A DNA stretch of 64,000 nt, taken from assembly GCA_051252135.1 (NCBI GenBank), contig JBPOGH010000004.1, forward strand, positions 128,001-192,000, written 5' to 3'. Of this stretch, positions 20,801 through 30,825 are shown one piece after another. A program made the translations under genes and the position numbers. The stretch is from Verrucomicrobiaceae bacterium (lineage in GTDB: Bacteria; Verrucomicrobiota; Verrucomicrobiia; Verrucomicrobiales; Akkermansiaceae). Below the pieces are notes generated by a model. It had not been told where the DNA came from. It saw only the letters and a program-made list of their open reading frames with translations, and searched no databases. Within the stretch, counting starts at the first letter, position 1. The number at the start of each line of letters is the position of its first letter.

Positions 20801-21162
20801 AGTTGTTCGGGGGTGCCGCCCTGGATGGGGATGCGGAAGACCTGGGTGGATCCGGTGCGGGAGGAGTTGAAAAAGACGGACTTGCCGTCTTTGGAGAGGA
20901 GAGGGGTGTGGTCGGGGGCGGGGTGGTTGGTGAGGCGGGTGGCTTCTCCGCCATCGGTGGGTGCGGTCCAGAGGTCATCGGCCCAGGCGAGGACGAGGGA
21001 TTTGCCATCGTGCGAGAGGGTGGCGGAGGAGGCGAGCTGGATGGGTTCCGCTGCTGCGCCGAGGTGGGCGAAGGAGAGGGAGAGCGCTGCAAATGCGGCG
21101 GCACACGCGATGCGTGAACCGAAGCCTAGATTCTGCAGCGCTGAAGGGTGAAAACAGCGCAT
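17803..21162 (-). CDS. Tricorn-like S41 family peptidase with PD40 repeats and a PDZ domain
   Basis: Repeated SPDG propeller motifs, GELNGSH, IDVRDNGGG, SFSNAEIFSH, G.PTAGGVI. Confidence 0.92.
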   Translation of the reverse strand: MRCFHPSALQNLGFGSRIACAAAFAALSLSFAHLGAAAEPIQLASSATLSHDGKSLVLAWADDLWTAPTDGGEATRLTNHPAPDHTPLLSKDGKSVFFNSSRTGSTQVFRIPIQGGTPEQLTFHTEGNLLEDLHPQKDTLLVSGERDHAGRRPTRLLEKPFDSTKDESLLFDATAKDGRYSPDGRFVLLVRGGAPTYRKGYHGSQHSRIWLYDLKHKTFEEPVSDPSGCRYPVWAPDGLSFYYVTSRSGAFNIWQHRFGEKHDRQLTEFPNDSVFAPQVSGDGSTLVFRHLLDLYSLATKPGSKPEKIRLFHRATLPHPEHETLSIRSTNDATVTPSGLEWAFVAEGEIWAMDTVLKEPRRLTDSPAYESDIYFSEKGDHLYYLKDNGITANYWRMSKQNKKDFWWTADQFHHHPVTKGPATKSSFRLSPKGDLISYVEYPGTLWIAKPDGSEPRKLLEGWDSPDYVWSPDGLHLAYAVADQNFNNDIYIIATDGKSDPVNVSRHPDNEYSPRWSPDGKILAFVGRRHSTATDLFFVHLKENSHFTSDRDKRLESAKKTMTRDPLYKPDEKKKAEPKKEEQPKKEEAKEEKGDGKKKAVEAQPEAEKKDEQKPAEKEEAKEPVIDFQDIHRRIQRIPLNGLSPGSLHWMPDSKYLSFQTNGSIYRVEAKAGAKPATAIQGTGTIIRFKDNERIYVVSGGVPAQFYKGRLTKYSFSIPFARKREDYQRIGFRFAWRTMRDTYYDPALNHRDWDHVRTKYELAAAKAPTKMIYGRVMALLLGELNGSHLGFYPNPWPNEWTYRAAWRNYTPHLGVTLDSARTITSVLPNGPADRPQSHLEVGERIIAIDGQRLRSDTPLTTVLTGRLDRDIRLTLKKGDADPREVTIRPISFGQARALAHSARLDQNLQTVETQTEHKLGYLHVARMAWEEFEEFEHHLYERGAGKDGLIIDVRDNGGGFTADHLLTALTQPRHAFTVPRNGNPGYPQDRQVYASWHKPIVVLCNENSFSNAEIFSHAIKNLNRGKLIGIPTAGGVISTGSTNILGLGRMRLPFRGWFLVNDGQDMELHGAVPHHIVDLSPNDLPSGRDPQLQRAIEVLKQEVTEKSRNLPKPIYRSQEKK

Positions 21163-21254
21163 GGGGAGTTATTAACATCGCGAGGAGGGTTCGCCAAGTC
21201 GGGAAATTGGGGGCTGGAGTTCGCATTTTGGGGATGTGGGTTTAGGGTTGGGGC

Positions 21255-22517
21255 ATGGAATCACCTTTGCGGGGCGACCGCGACCGGCTGCGGCGGATGA
21301 GGATGTGGGCGACGGGTCTGCTTGTGCTGATGGCGGTGGTTTACGCGGTGTCGCGGAGCTTTGAGGGGGCGTGGTCGGGATTTCCCTGGGTGATGGCGTT
21401 TGCGGAGGCGGCGATGGTGGGGGCGTTGGCGGATTGGTTTGCGGTGACGGCGTTGTTTCGTCATCCGTTGGGCTTGCCGATCCCGCATACCGCGATTGTG
21501 CGGCGGGAGAAGGTGCGGGTGGGGAAGATGATCGGGAGGTTTTTGCGGCGGAGTTTTCTGAGTCCTTCGGTGGTGCGGGAGCAGTGGCGGGAGTATCGGC
21601 CGTTGCATCGCTTGGTTGCGGTGGCGGCGGATGAGGAGAACGGGAAGGCTCTGGCGCTGCGGGTGGAGCAGGTGGCTCCGTCCTTTTTGAAAACGGTGGA
21701 GGGCAGCGGCGCGGCGCGGGCGGCGAGTGAGGTGTTGCGCGATGGGCTGAGGAAGATGCCGGTGGGGAAGGTGATGGGATACGGGGTGCAGGCGTTCTTG
21801 AAGAATCCGAGGAGGCGGGAGTTGATGGCTCCGGTGCTGGCGCGGCTGGCGAGATTGGTGGAGGAGCAGTCGGGCTATTTTATTTCGGAAGCGGAGAAGG
21901 AGGCGCCTTTTCAGGAGAAGCGGGTTCTGGGTGCGTTGACGCGGGGGGTGACGCGGGCGTTTTCGGGACGGGCGGTTGAGAAGGCGGGGGTGAAGCTGGC
22001 GGAGGCGTCGCGGGATTACGGGCATCCTCTTTATGACAAGATCGAGGAGAGTCTGGGGGAGGCGGTGACGGAGCTGGATGAGGGGAGCGAGACGGTGCGG
22101 GAGTGGGAGGTTTTTAAGGATCGGATTTTGAATGATCCGGAGACGGGGGCGGTGATTGAGAAGGTGCTGCGGAGTTCGGGGGAGTTGCTCTCGGATGAGT
22201 TACTGGCGGGGGATGAGAATCCGCGGGTGGTGACGATGATCCGGGAGGTGGCGCAGGGGTTGAAGGAAAAGGAGGAGGTTTTGGAGCAGTGGGAGGAACG
22301 GATGGGGGAGATGCTGGAGCGTCTTTTGCAAGGTCACGGGGAGAAGGTGGAGGCGCTGGTGACGGGGATGGTGGCGCGGTGGGATGCCGATCAATTGATT
22401 GAGACGCTGGAGACGCATGTGGGGCCGGATTTGCAGTTTATCCGGATTAACGGGACCTTGATTGGGGGGTGCGTGGGGGTGGTGCTGCACGCGGTGGGGA
22501 TGGTGGTTTGGGGGTGA
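21255..22517 (+). CDS. DUF445 family membrane protein (YjiN-like)
   Basis: AFAEAAMVGALADWFAVTALFRHPLGLPIPHTAI and DLQFIRINGTLIGG. Confidence 0.93.
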   Translation: MESPLRGDRDRLRRMRMWATGLLVLMAVVYAVSRSFEGAWSGFPWVMAFAEAAMVGALADWFAVTALFRHPLGLPIPHTAIVRREKVRVGKMIGRFLRRSFLSPSVVREQWREYRPLHRLVAVAADEENGKALALRVEQVAPSFLKTVEGSGAARAASEVLRDGLRKMPVGKVMGYGVQAFLKNPRRRELMAPVLARLARLVEEQSGYFISEAEKEAPFQEKRVLGALTRGVTRAFSGRAVEKAGVKLAEASRDYGHPLYDKIEESLGEAVTELDEGSETVREWEVFKDRILNDPETGAVIEKVLRSSGELLSDELLAGDENPRVVTMIREVAQGLKEKEEVLEQWEERMGEMLERLLQGHGEKVEALVTGMVARWDADQLIETLETHVGPDLQFIRINGTLIGGCVGVVLHAVGMVVWG

Positions 22518-22523
22518 GGTTTG

Positions 22524-22718
22524 CTATGGGGTGAGTTTCTTTTGGTGGGGAGGGGTGATGGAGAAGAGGGTGGTGAGGGAGGCGAGGGTGATGGTGCGGC
22601 CGGTGATGCCGGAGGAGGTGGTGGGTGTGTTTTGGGATTCAATTTGGCGGAGGGTTTTGAGGATGCCGGGGTAGTTGCGTTCGGCTTGGCGGAGGGTTTT
22701 GTAGGGGGCTTTGATCAT
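22524..22718 (-). CDS. Small hypothetical protein (64 aa) or gene remnant
   Basis: ATG at 22718, MIKAPYKTLRQAERNYPGILKTLRQ...; C-ending codons like other minus-strand genes. Confidence 0.35.
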   Translation of the reverse strand: MIKAPYKTLRQAERNYPGILKTLRQIESQNTPTTSSGITGRTITLASLTTLFSITPPHQKKLTP

Positions 22719-22980
22719 GGGTGGATTTGAGGGGGAGGGATTTCTTTTTGAGGTGGCGTTTTTTGGGTTGGGTGATGCGGAAGCGGGCGGAGTGCCAGTT
22801 GGCCTCGCGGGTTCCGAGGAGGATGGGGAGGCCGATGAGGTGGAGGCGCAACCGGAACGAAGGGGAACCGGAGCAAAGTGGAGATGATCGAAGACGAAAA
22901 GGCGGACAGGGATGTCCACTCTCCTTATTGGAGTGGTTGTGGGGGCTTGGGTTGGGTGGTGGGGGCAGATGAGGGGGTGG

Positions 22981-23646
22981 TTAATCGGTGGTTTGGAATT
23001 TGGCGGATTCTTCGGTGACGATTTGGGTCATGTCTTTGTGGGCGGCTTCGTGGCGGGATGATTTGTCGCGGAGGGCGGAGGTTTTCCGGGAGAGGCTGGA
23101 GGCGGAGGTGCGGACGCCTACTTTGGAGTATTGGATGGCGGCGGAGTTTTGGGATTTGATGCCGATGGAGGAGGCGGTGGCGATGGCGTCCTGGTGGGCG
23201 GCGAGGAAGAGGATTTCCCAGGAGTATTTTGTTTCCTGGTGGCGGATCATTTTGGCGATGCGGCTGTGGGTGAAGAGGGTGGAGGCGTTTTCATATCCAT
23301 CGGTGAAGATGGCGATGATGACGGTCTCGGGGCGTTCGGCTTCAGGGCGGTTGGCGAGGGTTTCGCCGAGGGTGATGATGGTGGTGCCGATGGCATCGAG
23401 GAGGGCGGTGGATCCGCGGGGGACGAAGGTGGTGGGATCGAGGAGGGGGATTTGGGAGATGGGGGTGGAGGTGTGGGGGGTGAGGATTTCGTCATCGAAG
23501 AGGACGAGGGTGAGGTTGGCTTGTCCGGGGGCTTCGATTTGGTCGCTGAGGAAGTGGTTGAATCCGGAGATGGCGGCATCGGTCATGGAGGACATGGATC
23601 CGGAGCGGTCGAGGATGTAGGCGATTTCGGTTAGGTCTTTTTTCAT
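22981..23646 (-). CDS. von Willebrand factor A domain protein
   Basis: MIDAS motif ILDRSGSM, PRGSTALLDAIG, IFTDGYENAS. Confidence 0.9.
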   Translation of the reverse strand: MKKDLTEIAYILDRSGSMSSMTDAAISGFNHFLSDQIEAPGQANLTLVLFDDEILTPHTSTPISQIPLLDPTTFVPRGSTALLDAIGTTIITLGETLANRPEAERPETVIIAIFTDGYENASTLFTHSRIAKMIRHQETKYSWEILFLAAHQDAIATASSIGIKSQNSAAIQYSKVGVRTSASSLSRKTSALRDKSSRHEAAHKDMTQIVTEESAKFQTTD

Positions 23647-23816
23647 TGCACCCTATGTTTATAGGTTTACTTAAACGAGACAAGCCAAAAAAACGACACA
23701 CACGTTTTTGACGTGACTGATTGAGGGAGAGGGGTTAGTTAGTTCGGTGTGATTGAATTTATGGGAAACTTGACCGGAGGGGACGCGGGGTTGAAGACCC
23801 GTGCTCCATATTAGGG

Positions 23817-24647
23817 ATGGGGAATGCGACGAATGAGGGGAATTGGGCGGCGCGGGAGCGGCTGCGGAGTGTGGAGGTGCGGTTGTGGTGGCGCGGGCAT
23901 GTGGGGCGGAAGGAATTGACGGAGGGGTTTGGGATTTCGGCGGCGCAGGCGACATCCGATCTGCAGCGGTATTTTGAGCTGAATGAGGGGGCGTGTTTTT
24001 ATAATACAAAGAGCAAGCGGTATGAGGCGACGCAGGGGATGGGGTGTGTGTTGCACGGGCCGGTGATGGAGGAGGGGCTTACGTTGGCGTTTGGGGAGAT
24101 GGTGGGGGAGCGTTGGCAGCGGGAGCGGGTGTGGGACGGGAGGAAGCCGGGTCTGCTGGGGGCGGTGAATCTGCCGGTGCGGGAGGGTCGGCCGTGGGTG
24201 GAGCGGGTGATGGTGCTGGCGGCGGGTGGTTTGCGGCGGGTGCGGGTGAAGTATGGGTCGGTGAAGTCCGGGAGGTCACGCTGGCGGGAGATGGTGCCGC
24301 GGACGTTTGGGTGGGACGGGAGGCGGTGGCATGCGCGGGCGTTTTGTCTGGAGAACGGGGATTGGCGGGATTTTGTGTTGGGGAGGATTGAGGAGGCGGA
24401 GTGGCCGGGGAAGGAGGAGGAGGTGCCGGTGGATGAGGGGTGGGAGAATTGGGTGGTGGTGCGGCTGCGGGTGAATCCGGAGCTGGATGCGGTGCAGCGG
24501 CGGGCCTTGCGAATGGATTACGGGCTGGAAGAGGATGTGCTGGAGGTGCGGGTGCGGGAGGCGATGCGGCCTTATTTGCTGGCGGAGATGTTTCTGGAGG
24601 GGGAAAGCGGGGTGGAGGCGCCGAGGCATTTTGTGGTGGGTGGGTGA
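23817..24647 (+). CDS. WYL-domain transcriptional regulator (BrxR/CapW-like wHTH-WYL-WCX)
   Basis: ERLRSVEVRLWWRGHVGRKELTEGFGISAAQATSDLQRY HTH; RWHARAFC...WRDFVLGRI WYL core; NPELDAVQRRALRMDYG C-terminal domain. Confidence 0.9.
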   Translation: MGNATNEGNWAARERLRSVEVRLWWRGHVGRKELTEGFGISAAQATSDLQRYFELNEGACFYNTKSKRYEATQGMGCVLHGPVMEEGLTLAFGEMVGERWQRERVWDGRKPGLLGAVNLPVREGRPWVERVMVLAAGGLRRVRVKYGSVKSGRSRWREMVPRTFGWDGRRWHARAFCLENGDWRDFVLGRIEEAEWPGKEEEVPVDEGWENWVVVRLRVNPELDAVQRRALRMDYGLEEDVLEVRVREAMRPYLLAEMFLEGESGVEAPRHFVVGG

Positions 24648-24656
24648 GGGGGGGGA

Positions 24657-24800
24657 GAATTAGGAATTTAAAATTAGGAATTAGGAATGGCTTGGTTGAG
24701 GGGCTTGGTTGGGGGGCTTGGTTGGGGGGCTTGGTTGGGGGGCTTGGTTGGGGGGCTTGGTTGGGGGGAACACCGAACATTTAACATTTAACATTTAAGT
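24657..24800 (+). repeat. Composite repeat tract: TTAGGAA-like heptamers, 6 x 13-bp CTTGGTTGGGGGG, 3 x AACATTT
   Basis: 13-bp units at 24691-24768; AACATTT at 24776-24796. Confidence 0.9.
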
Positions 24801-24862
24801 TTGAAGTTGGTTGAGGGGCTTGCGAAGCGAAGCGGCGGGGCGCCGCGACTCCTTTTTAGTGC

Positions 24863-24892
24863 AAAAAAAAGCGCCCTTTGGAGGGGCGCTTT
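24863..24892 (-). terminator. Intrinsic terminator of sdhCAB
   Basis: Minus strand AAAGCGCCCC-TCCAA-AGGGCGC followed by T8. Confidence 0.8.
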
Positions 24893-24918
24893 GGGAGGAG
24901 TTTTTGGAGCGGGGCTCG

Positions 24919-25680
24919 TTATGAGGTGGCTTCGCGGGCGCTGGCGGCGAGGTAGTCGCGGTTGAGCTTGGCGATGTGGTCGGCGCTGATTTCTTTGGGG
25001 CAGACGGCTTCGCACTCGTATTGGTTGGTGCAGTTTCCGAAGCCTTCGGCGTCCATTTGGCGGACCATGGCGAGGGTGCGGGCGTCCTTTTCGACCTGTC
25101 CCTGGGGGAGGTGGTTGAGGTGGGAGGCCTTGGCGGAGACGAAGAGCATGGCGGAGGCGTTCTTACACGCGGCGACGCAGGCTCCACAGCCGATGCAGGC
25201 GGCGGCGTCGAAGGCGGCGTCGGCATCCGGTTTGGGGACGGGGACGGCGTGGGCGTCTGGCGCGGATCCGGTGCGGACGGAGATGAATCCACCGGACTCA
25301 ATGATGCGGTCGAAAGAGGAGCGGTCGGTGACGAGGTCTTTGACGACGGGGAAGGCGTTGGCGCGGAAGGGCTCGATCCAGATGGTGTCGCCATCGGAGT
25401 ACTTGCGCATGTGGAGTTGGCAGGTGGTGATGCCACGTTCCTTGGAGTGTGGGACTCCGTTGATGGTCATGGAGCACATGCCGCAGATGCCTTCGCGGCA
25501 GTCGTGGTCGAAGTGAATGGGGTCGTGTCCGTCCTTGATGAGTCGTTCGTTGACGATGTCGATCATTTCGAGGAAGGAAGCGGAGGTGGGGATTTCCTTG
25601 GCTTCGTATGTTTCGATACGACCTTCGGCATCGGCGTTATCCTGACGCCAGACTTTGAGAGTAAGGTTTAAAAGGGGCAT
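24919..25680 (-). CDS. sdhB: Succinate dehydrogenase/fumarate reductase iron-sulfur subunit
   Basis: [34 protein letters not shown] cluster motifs. Confidence 0.96.
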   Translation of the reverse strand: MPLLNLTLKVWRQDNADAEGRIETYEAKEIPTSASFLEMIDIVNERLIKDGHDPIHFDHDCREGICGMCSMTINGVPHSKERGITTCQLHMRKYSDGDTIWIEPFRANAFPVVKDLVTDRSSFDRIIESGGFISVRTGSAPDAHAVPVPKPDADAAFDAAACIGCGACVAACKNASAMLFVSAKASHLNHLPQGQVEKDARTLAMVRQMDAEGFGNCTNQYECEAVCPKEISADHIAKLNRDYLAASAREATS

Positions 25681-25685
25681 GGCGA

Positions 25686-27656
25686 TTAGGCGTAGGAGCG
25701 GATGGATGGTTGGACTTCTTCGAAGATGAGGTCTTCTTTGTGAAGGATGGGAGGTTGGCCGGGGGCGGTGTGTTCCCAGGCGGCGACGTATTTGAATTGG
25801 TCGTCGTGGCGTTTGGCTTCGCCGGGTTGGGTTTTACCGGACTGGACTTCGGGGTCGGAGTCGAAGAACTGGTGCTCGGAACGGAAGTGTCCGCCGCAGG
25901 ATTCTTCGCGGTTGAGGGCGTCGTGGCAGAGGACTTCGGCGAACTCGAGGAAGTCGGCGACGCGGCCGGCTTTTTCGAGTTCCTGGTTGAGTCCGTTGGC
26001 GGAGCCGGGGATGCGGAGGTTGGTCCAGAATTCGTCGCGGATTTTCGGGATGCGTTCGAGGGCTTCTTCGAGGCCGGCCTTGTCACGGGCCATGCCGCAC
26101 TTGTCCCAGACGAGGAGTCCGAGTTCGCGGTGGAAGGAGTCGACGGAGCGGTTGCCCTTGATTTCCATGAGGGATTTGAGGCGATCGCGGACTTCGTTCT
26201 CGACCTTTTTAAACTCGGGGTGGTCGGTGGTGACGGCTCCGGCTTTTTGGGTGGAGAGGTAGACGGCGATGGTGGAGGGGATGACGAAGTAGCCATCGGC
26301 AAGGCCCTGCATGAGGGCGGAGGCGCCGAGGCGGTTGGCTCCGTGATCCGAGAAGTTGGCCTCGCCGAGGACGTGGAGTCCGGGGAGGTTGGACATGAGG
26401 TTGTAGTCCACCCAGAGGCCGCCCATGGTGTAGTGGACGGCAGGGTAAATCTGCATGGGCGATTGGTAGGGGTTATCGCCGGAGATTTTTTCGTACATCT
26501 GGAAGAGGTTGCCGTAGCGGGCGCGGATGGCGTCCTCGCCGTCGCGTTTGATGGCGTCCTTGAAGTCGAGGTAGACGCCGAGTCCGGAGGTGGCGACGCC
26601 CCGGCCGTCATCACAGGCTTCCTTGGCGGCGCGGGAGGCGATGTCCCGGGGGCAGAGGTTACCGAAGGAGGGGTATTTGCGCTCGAGGTAGTAGTCGCGG
26701 TTTTCCTCAGGGATATCGGTGGCGGTTTTGCGTCCTTCGCGGATGGCGGCGGCGTCTTCTTTTGATTTGGGAACCCAGATACGTCCGTCATTTCGGAGGG
26801 ATTCCGACATGAGGGTGAGCTTGGATTGGTAGTCTCCGCTGACGGGGATGCAGGTGGGGTGGATCTGGGTGTAGCAGGGGTTTGCCATGTAGGCTCCGCG
26901 CTTGTGGGCGCGGAAGGCGGCCATGACGTTACAACCCATGGCGTTGGTGGAGAGGTAGAAGACGTTTCCGTATCCGCCGGTGGCGAGGATGACGGCGTCA
27001 GCGGCGTGGGACTGGATTTCTCCGGTGACGAGGTTGCGGACGATGATGCCTTTGGCGTGGCCGTCGACGACGACGAGATCGAGCATTTCGGTGCGGGTGT
27101 GCATTTTGACACCGCCTTTTGCAACTTCCTTGGAGAGGGCCTGGTAGCAGCCGATGAGGAGTTGTTGTCCGGTCTGGCCGCGTGCGTAGAAGGTGCGCTT
27201 GACCTGGGCACCGCCGAAGGAGCGGTTGTCGAGGAGGCCACCGTATTCGCGGGCGAAGGGGACGCCCTGGGCGACGCATTGGTCGATGATCTCGGTGGAG
27301 ACCTCGGCGAGGCGGTGGACATTGGCTTCGCGGGAGCGGAAGTCGCCTCCTTTGATGGTGTCGTAGAAGAGGCGGAAGATGGAGTCGCCGTCGTTTTGGT
27401 AGTTTTTGGCGGCGTTGATGCCTCCTTGGGCGGCGATGGAGTGGGCGCGGCGGGCGGAGTCCTGGTAGCAGAAGCAATCGACCTGGTAACCGAGTTCGGA
27501 AAGGGTGGCGGCAGCGGAACCCCCGGCGAGGCCGGAGCCGACGACGATGATTTTATATTTCCGTTTGTTGGCAGGGTTGATGAGCTTGGAGTCCATCTTA
27601 TGGGACGTCCATTTGTCAGCGAGCGGGCCTGCGGGGACTTTGGAATCGAGTGACAT
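25686..27656 (-). CDS. sdhA: Succinate dehydrogenase/fumarate reductase flavoprotein subunit
   Basis: [41 protein letters not shown]. Confidence 0.97.
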   Translation of the reverse strand: MSLDSKVPAGPLADKWTSHKMDSKLINPANKRKYKIIVVGSGLAGGSAAATLSELGYQVDCFCYQDSARRAHSIAAQGGINAAKNYQNDGDSIFRLFYDTIKGGDFRSREANVHRLAEVSTEIIDQCVAQGVPFAREYGGLLDNRSFGGAQVKRTFYARGQTGQQLLIGCYQALSKEVAKGGVKMHTRTEMLDLVVVDGHAKGIIVRNLVTGEIQSHAADAVILATGGYGNVFYLSTNAMGCNVMAAFRAHKRGAYMANPCYTQIHPTCIPVSGDYQSKLTLMSESLRNDGRIWVPKSKEDAAAIREGRKTATDIPEENRDYYLERKYPSFGNLCPRDIASRAAKEACDDGRGVATSGLGVYLDFKDAIKRDGEDAIRARYGNLFQMYEKISGDNPYQSPMQIYPAVHYTMGGLWVDYNLMSNLPGLHVLGEANFSDHGANRLGASALMQGLADGYFVIPSTIAVYLSTQKAGAVTTDHPEFKKVENEVRDRLKSLMEIKGNRSVDSFHRELGLLVWDKCGMARDKAGLEEALERIPKIRDEFWTNLRIPGSANGLNQELEKAGRVADFLEFAEVLCHDALNREESCGGHFRSEHQFFDSDPEVQSGKTQPGEAKRHDDQFKYVAAWEHTAPGQPPILHKEDLIFEEVQPSIRSYA

Positions 27657-27677
27657 GACTAAAGTGGGGAAAGGTGT

Positions 27678-28391
27678 TTATTGACCGAAGCCGAAGAGCC
27701 AGATGGCAAGAGGGATGGAGATGAAGCCCAGGTAGATGACGATGGCGTAGGCTTTGGCGAGGGCCTTGATGGGCCCGGCGGTTTTTTTGGAGCGAAGGCC
27801 CAGGGTTTGGAAGATGGAAGCGACTCCGTGGCTCAGGTGGGAGCAGAGAAGAGTCATTGCCACTATATAGAAGAGGGAGACGAGTGGGTTTTGGAAGCCG
27901 ACGATGACCATTTTCCACGCATCGTGCCGTTCTTCTCCTGTAGCGGCGAGGTAGTCCTGATCAATCATTGCCGCGAAATCGGCATCCACCTTTACGGTAA
28001 AATGGAGGAGGTGGAAGATGACAAAAGCGAGGATGGTGAGTCCGGACCAGATCATAATGAGTGATGATTTGGGAGCCTGGACGGTGGCATCGTGCTCGTA
28101 TTTGGTTCGGGCGGCCTTGTTTTCCCTGGTGAGGAGAATGGTGAACCAGATATGTCCTACGAAGCAGACCAGCAGGCCTATGCGTGCAACCCAGACACCG
28201 GCGCCGTGGAGGGCTTCGTGGAGGAATTGGGCGTAGTCGTTAAAGGCTTCCTGACCTGCATATATCAGGAGGTTTCCAGTCAAGTGACCGGCGAGAAAGA
28301 GGACGAGAGCGAGGCCGGTGATGGCGACGATCCATTTACGACCGATGGATGATTTGGCAAAAGCGCAGAGGGAGCAAGTTGATGAGCTCAT
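27678..28391 (-). CDS. sdhC: Succinate dehydrogenase cytochrome b subunit
   Basis: SSIGRKWIVAITGL...HLTGNL, several His-containing TM helices; first gene of the operon. Confidence 0.93.
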   Translation of the reverse strand: MSSSTCSLCAFAKSSIGRKWIVAITGLALVLFLAGHLTGNLLIYAGQEAFNDYAQFLHEALHGAGVWVARIGLLVCFVGHIWFTILLTRENKAARTKYEHDATVQAPKSSLIMIWSGLTILAFVIFHLLHFTVKVDADFAAMIDQDYLAATGEERHDAWKMVIVGFQNPLVSLFYIVAMTLLCSHLSHGVASIFQTLGLRSKKTAGPIKALAKAYAIVIYLGFISIPLAIWLFGFGQ

Positions 28392-28588
28392 AGCGAGAGG
28401 TGTATGTCCAAGTGATGGACAGGGACAAACTAGTTAGAGAATGGTGGTTTTCAAGAGTGGATCTCCCCGAATTGCCAGAGGGGGGAGGATTAGTGAAAAA
28501 CAGGTGGAATTTAGCTGCAAAAAATTAGTTAAGAAATGTTAAGAAAGCTATTGACCTTAATCATCAAGGATGGTTAACTATCTGCGAC

Positions 28589-29260
28589 ATGAAATTGACA
28601 TCCGCACTTCTCTTCCTGGTCCTGCCCGCAGGATCAGCGTTTGGGCAAATCTTTAACATCGATCTGAATACCTCGCAGCGTGGTTGGGTTGATGATGCCG
28701 GTCTTAGTGATGCAAACAACGGAAACTACATTGCTGGTTCCATTGGTGGCACGGAGTATCGGAACTACTTCACCTTTGACCTGAGTGGTTTGGTGGGAAC
28801 GGTTCAGTCGGCAACGCTTACTCTTGATTTGCCGCAGAACGGATTCTCTTCACCTACGGGATCGGAAGCGTTTGGGCTTTCCGGTGCGTCGGCAATTAGC
28901 GGCAACATTTCCAACGGCGCGAGTGTCTTTGATGACCTCGGTGACGGACCTCTTTATGGTGTCTCCCTGATCGACTCAAGTTCCCAGGGCGGAACGGTTT
29001 CCATAACGCTGAACAGCGACTTCCTTGCTGCGGCAAACTCAGGAGCCTCAACGCTTACGATTGGTGGATCACTCCTTTCACTTGGGAATGATCCTAACAT
29101 CAGCGAGTATGCCTTTGCGTTCTCTGACGCGAATCAGGCCAATACTCCGGTAACTCTTTCCATGGTCGTGGATGTATCGGGTGCTGCGGTTCCCGAGCCT
29201 TCCTCCACCATTCTTGTCGGCCTTGCTGCCGGCCTTGGCCTCATCCGACGTCGTCGGTAG
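28589..29260 (+). CDS. PEP-CTERM sorting domain protein
   Basis: Signal peptide; C-terminal VPEPSSTILVGLAAGLGLIRRRR. Confidence 0.93.
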   Translation: MKLTSALLFLVLPAGSAFGQIFNIDLNTSQRGWVDDAGLSDANNGNYIAGSIGGTEYRNYFTFDLSGLVGTVQSATLTLDLPQNGFSSPTGSEAFGLSGASAISGNISNGASVFDDLGDGPLYGVSLIDSSSQGGTVSITLNSDFLAAANSGASTLTIGGSLLSLGNDPNISEYAFAFSDANQANTPVTLSMVVDVSGAAVPEPSSTILVGLAAGLGLIRRRR

Positions 29261-29300
29261 GTCTTTTATTATATTTCATTGGATTTAGGGTGTTCTAGGA

Positions 29301-29328
29301 GCCCCGTGACTTCGGTCACGGGGTTTTC
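29301..29328 (+). terminator. Intrinsic terminator
   Basis: CCCCGTGAC-TTCG-GTCACGGGG-TTTT. Confidence 0.85.
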
Positions 29329-29856
29329 TACGTATCGGCATTACGTTCAGGGTAGAGGGTGCCGGGAAGGTCGGGTTCCCGGTGTGGTGGGGGTAGGAGG
29401 GGCAGACCGGGTCATTGGATGATGAATGGATCATGAGCTCGTCCGGGATTCTGTCCGGTGGTGGAAATGGGGATTGATGGCCATTGGCCTAGGCGAGATT
29501 TGGGGTCAGATGGGACAAGGGTCCGTGTGGTGGGTGGATTGATTTGAATGCCGTGCGGGAATCCGGGGAGCTTGTGCCCGGGACTCGGGTGGAAATTGGG
29601 ATGGGGGTGGTGTGGTCAGTCTGGAATTGGGGAGAGTTTGGGCATCAGAAACTGATAATGAGACCCTGTTGAGGCCAAAAATCACGGGCAATTTTTACGA
29701 TGAGGAGTGGGAAATGAGGAGAAGTGGGTGCGTAAAACCCCTTATTCTACGGGTTTTTAAAAACTTAATGTAAACATTTCCTGATTTTTTAAAAAACCAC
29801 TTGACCCACTTTTCTTAATAACTTATAAAACCTACCGATTCAGCTACCTTTATAGC

Positions 29857-30819
29857 ATGAAAAAACGAAACGTATCCGGAATAAAAATAACGCTGTTCTG
29901 TGCTCTGATGGGCATTGGAACGAGCTCCGGTTTGATTGTTGCGGGCTCCAATGGAGCCGGTAACGCAAATCGCACTGAGGAGTCCCTCCTCTCGCAGCAC
30001 CCCGAGTTCCAGTATTGGAACAATGTGGTGTCTGTTGGGAATGGAACGGGAATCTACCTCGGAAAGGGTGCTGGCGACGACACAGGTTATGTGTTGACGG
30101 CCAAGCACGTCATGGTCCCAAGTTCGGGGTCGATCTCGGTCTCGGGAACCTCCTACTCGATCGTGGATAACAACTCGATTGGAACGGCTGATCTTCGTGT
30201 ATACGAAATTAGCGGAGAAACGATGCCGAACCTACCCCGCGTCAGCTTTGCGACTGCAGACCCCGTGTATAACGAGAGTCTCATTATGCTTGGACATGGC
30301 AGCAGGGTTCAGGGAACAGCAAACGATCCCAATGTCAGTGACCTGGTCAATGTCAGCGGGTATGATGTTTATCAGTGGGGATCACCTGGCACATTGAGCT
30401 GGGGTGAGAACCAGGCGGTTCCTTTCTTCGGAAGCGGAGATCCAGTGATGGCCTACACCAACAGTCTTGGGAATTACGAAGAAGATTTCTTCGCGTCGTT
30501 TGATGATCCCGGCACAGGAAACTACACCTCTTCATGGGAAGCCATGGCATCGGGTGGTGATTCCGGTGGTCCGGTGTTCGCTTATCGTGACGGTCAGTAT
30601 GAACTGGCTGGCGTGATCTCGACCGTATTGAAGCGAGGCGGACAGCCCAACCAGACTGCGGCCTTTGGAAACAAGACTGCGATCGTTAACATCGCCGAGT
30701 ATTCGGCAAGCCTTCCAGAACTGGAAGATGCTGTGGCAGCACCGGAACCCGGCAGTTCGCTGTTGGTGATCCTGGGTCTGATGCAGTGTGCGATGGTCCG
30801 CCGTCGCGCCCGAACCTAG
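29857..30819 (+). CDS. PEP-CTERM-anchored trypsin-like serine protease
   Basis: VLTAKH, ADL and GDSGGP triad motifs; C-terminal APEPGSS-TM-RRR. Confidence 0.85.
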   Translation: MKKRNVSGIKITLFCALMGIGTSSGLIVAGSNGAGNANRTEESLLSQHPEFQYWNNVVSVGNGTGIYLGKGAGDDTGYVLTAKHVMVPSSGSISVSGTSYSIVDNNSIGTADLRVYEISGETMPNLPRVSFATADPVYNESLIMLGHGSRVQGTANDPNVSDLVNVSGYDVYQWGSPGTLSWGENQAVPFFGSGDPVMAYTNSLGNYEEDFFASFDDPGTGNYTSSWEAMASGGDSGGPVFAYRDGQYELAGVISTVLKRGGQPNQTAAFGNKTAIVNIAEYSASLPELEDAVAAPEPGSSLLVILGLMQCAMVRRRART

Positions 30820-30825
30820 TCACAA

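Noticed and set aside
29330..29700. About 370 bp of unexplained sequence between two PEP-CTERM genes; possible ncRNA or pseudogene
   Set aside because: No recognisable ORF, repeat or convincing structure by eye; would need Rfam or BLASTx
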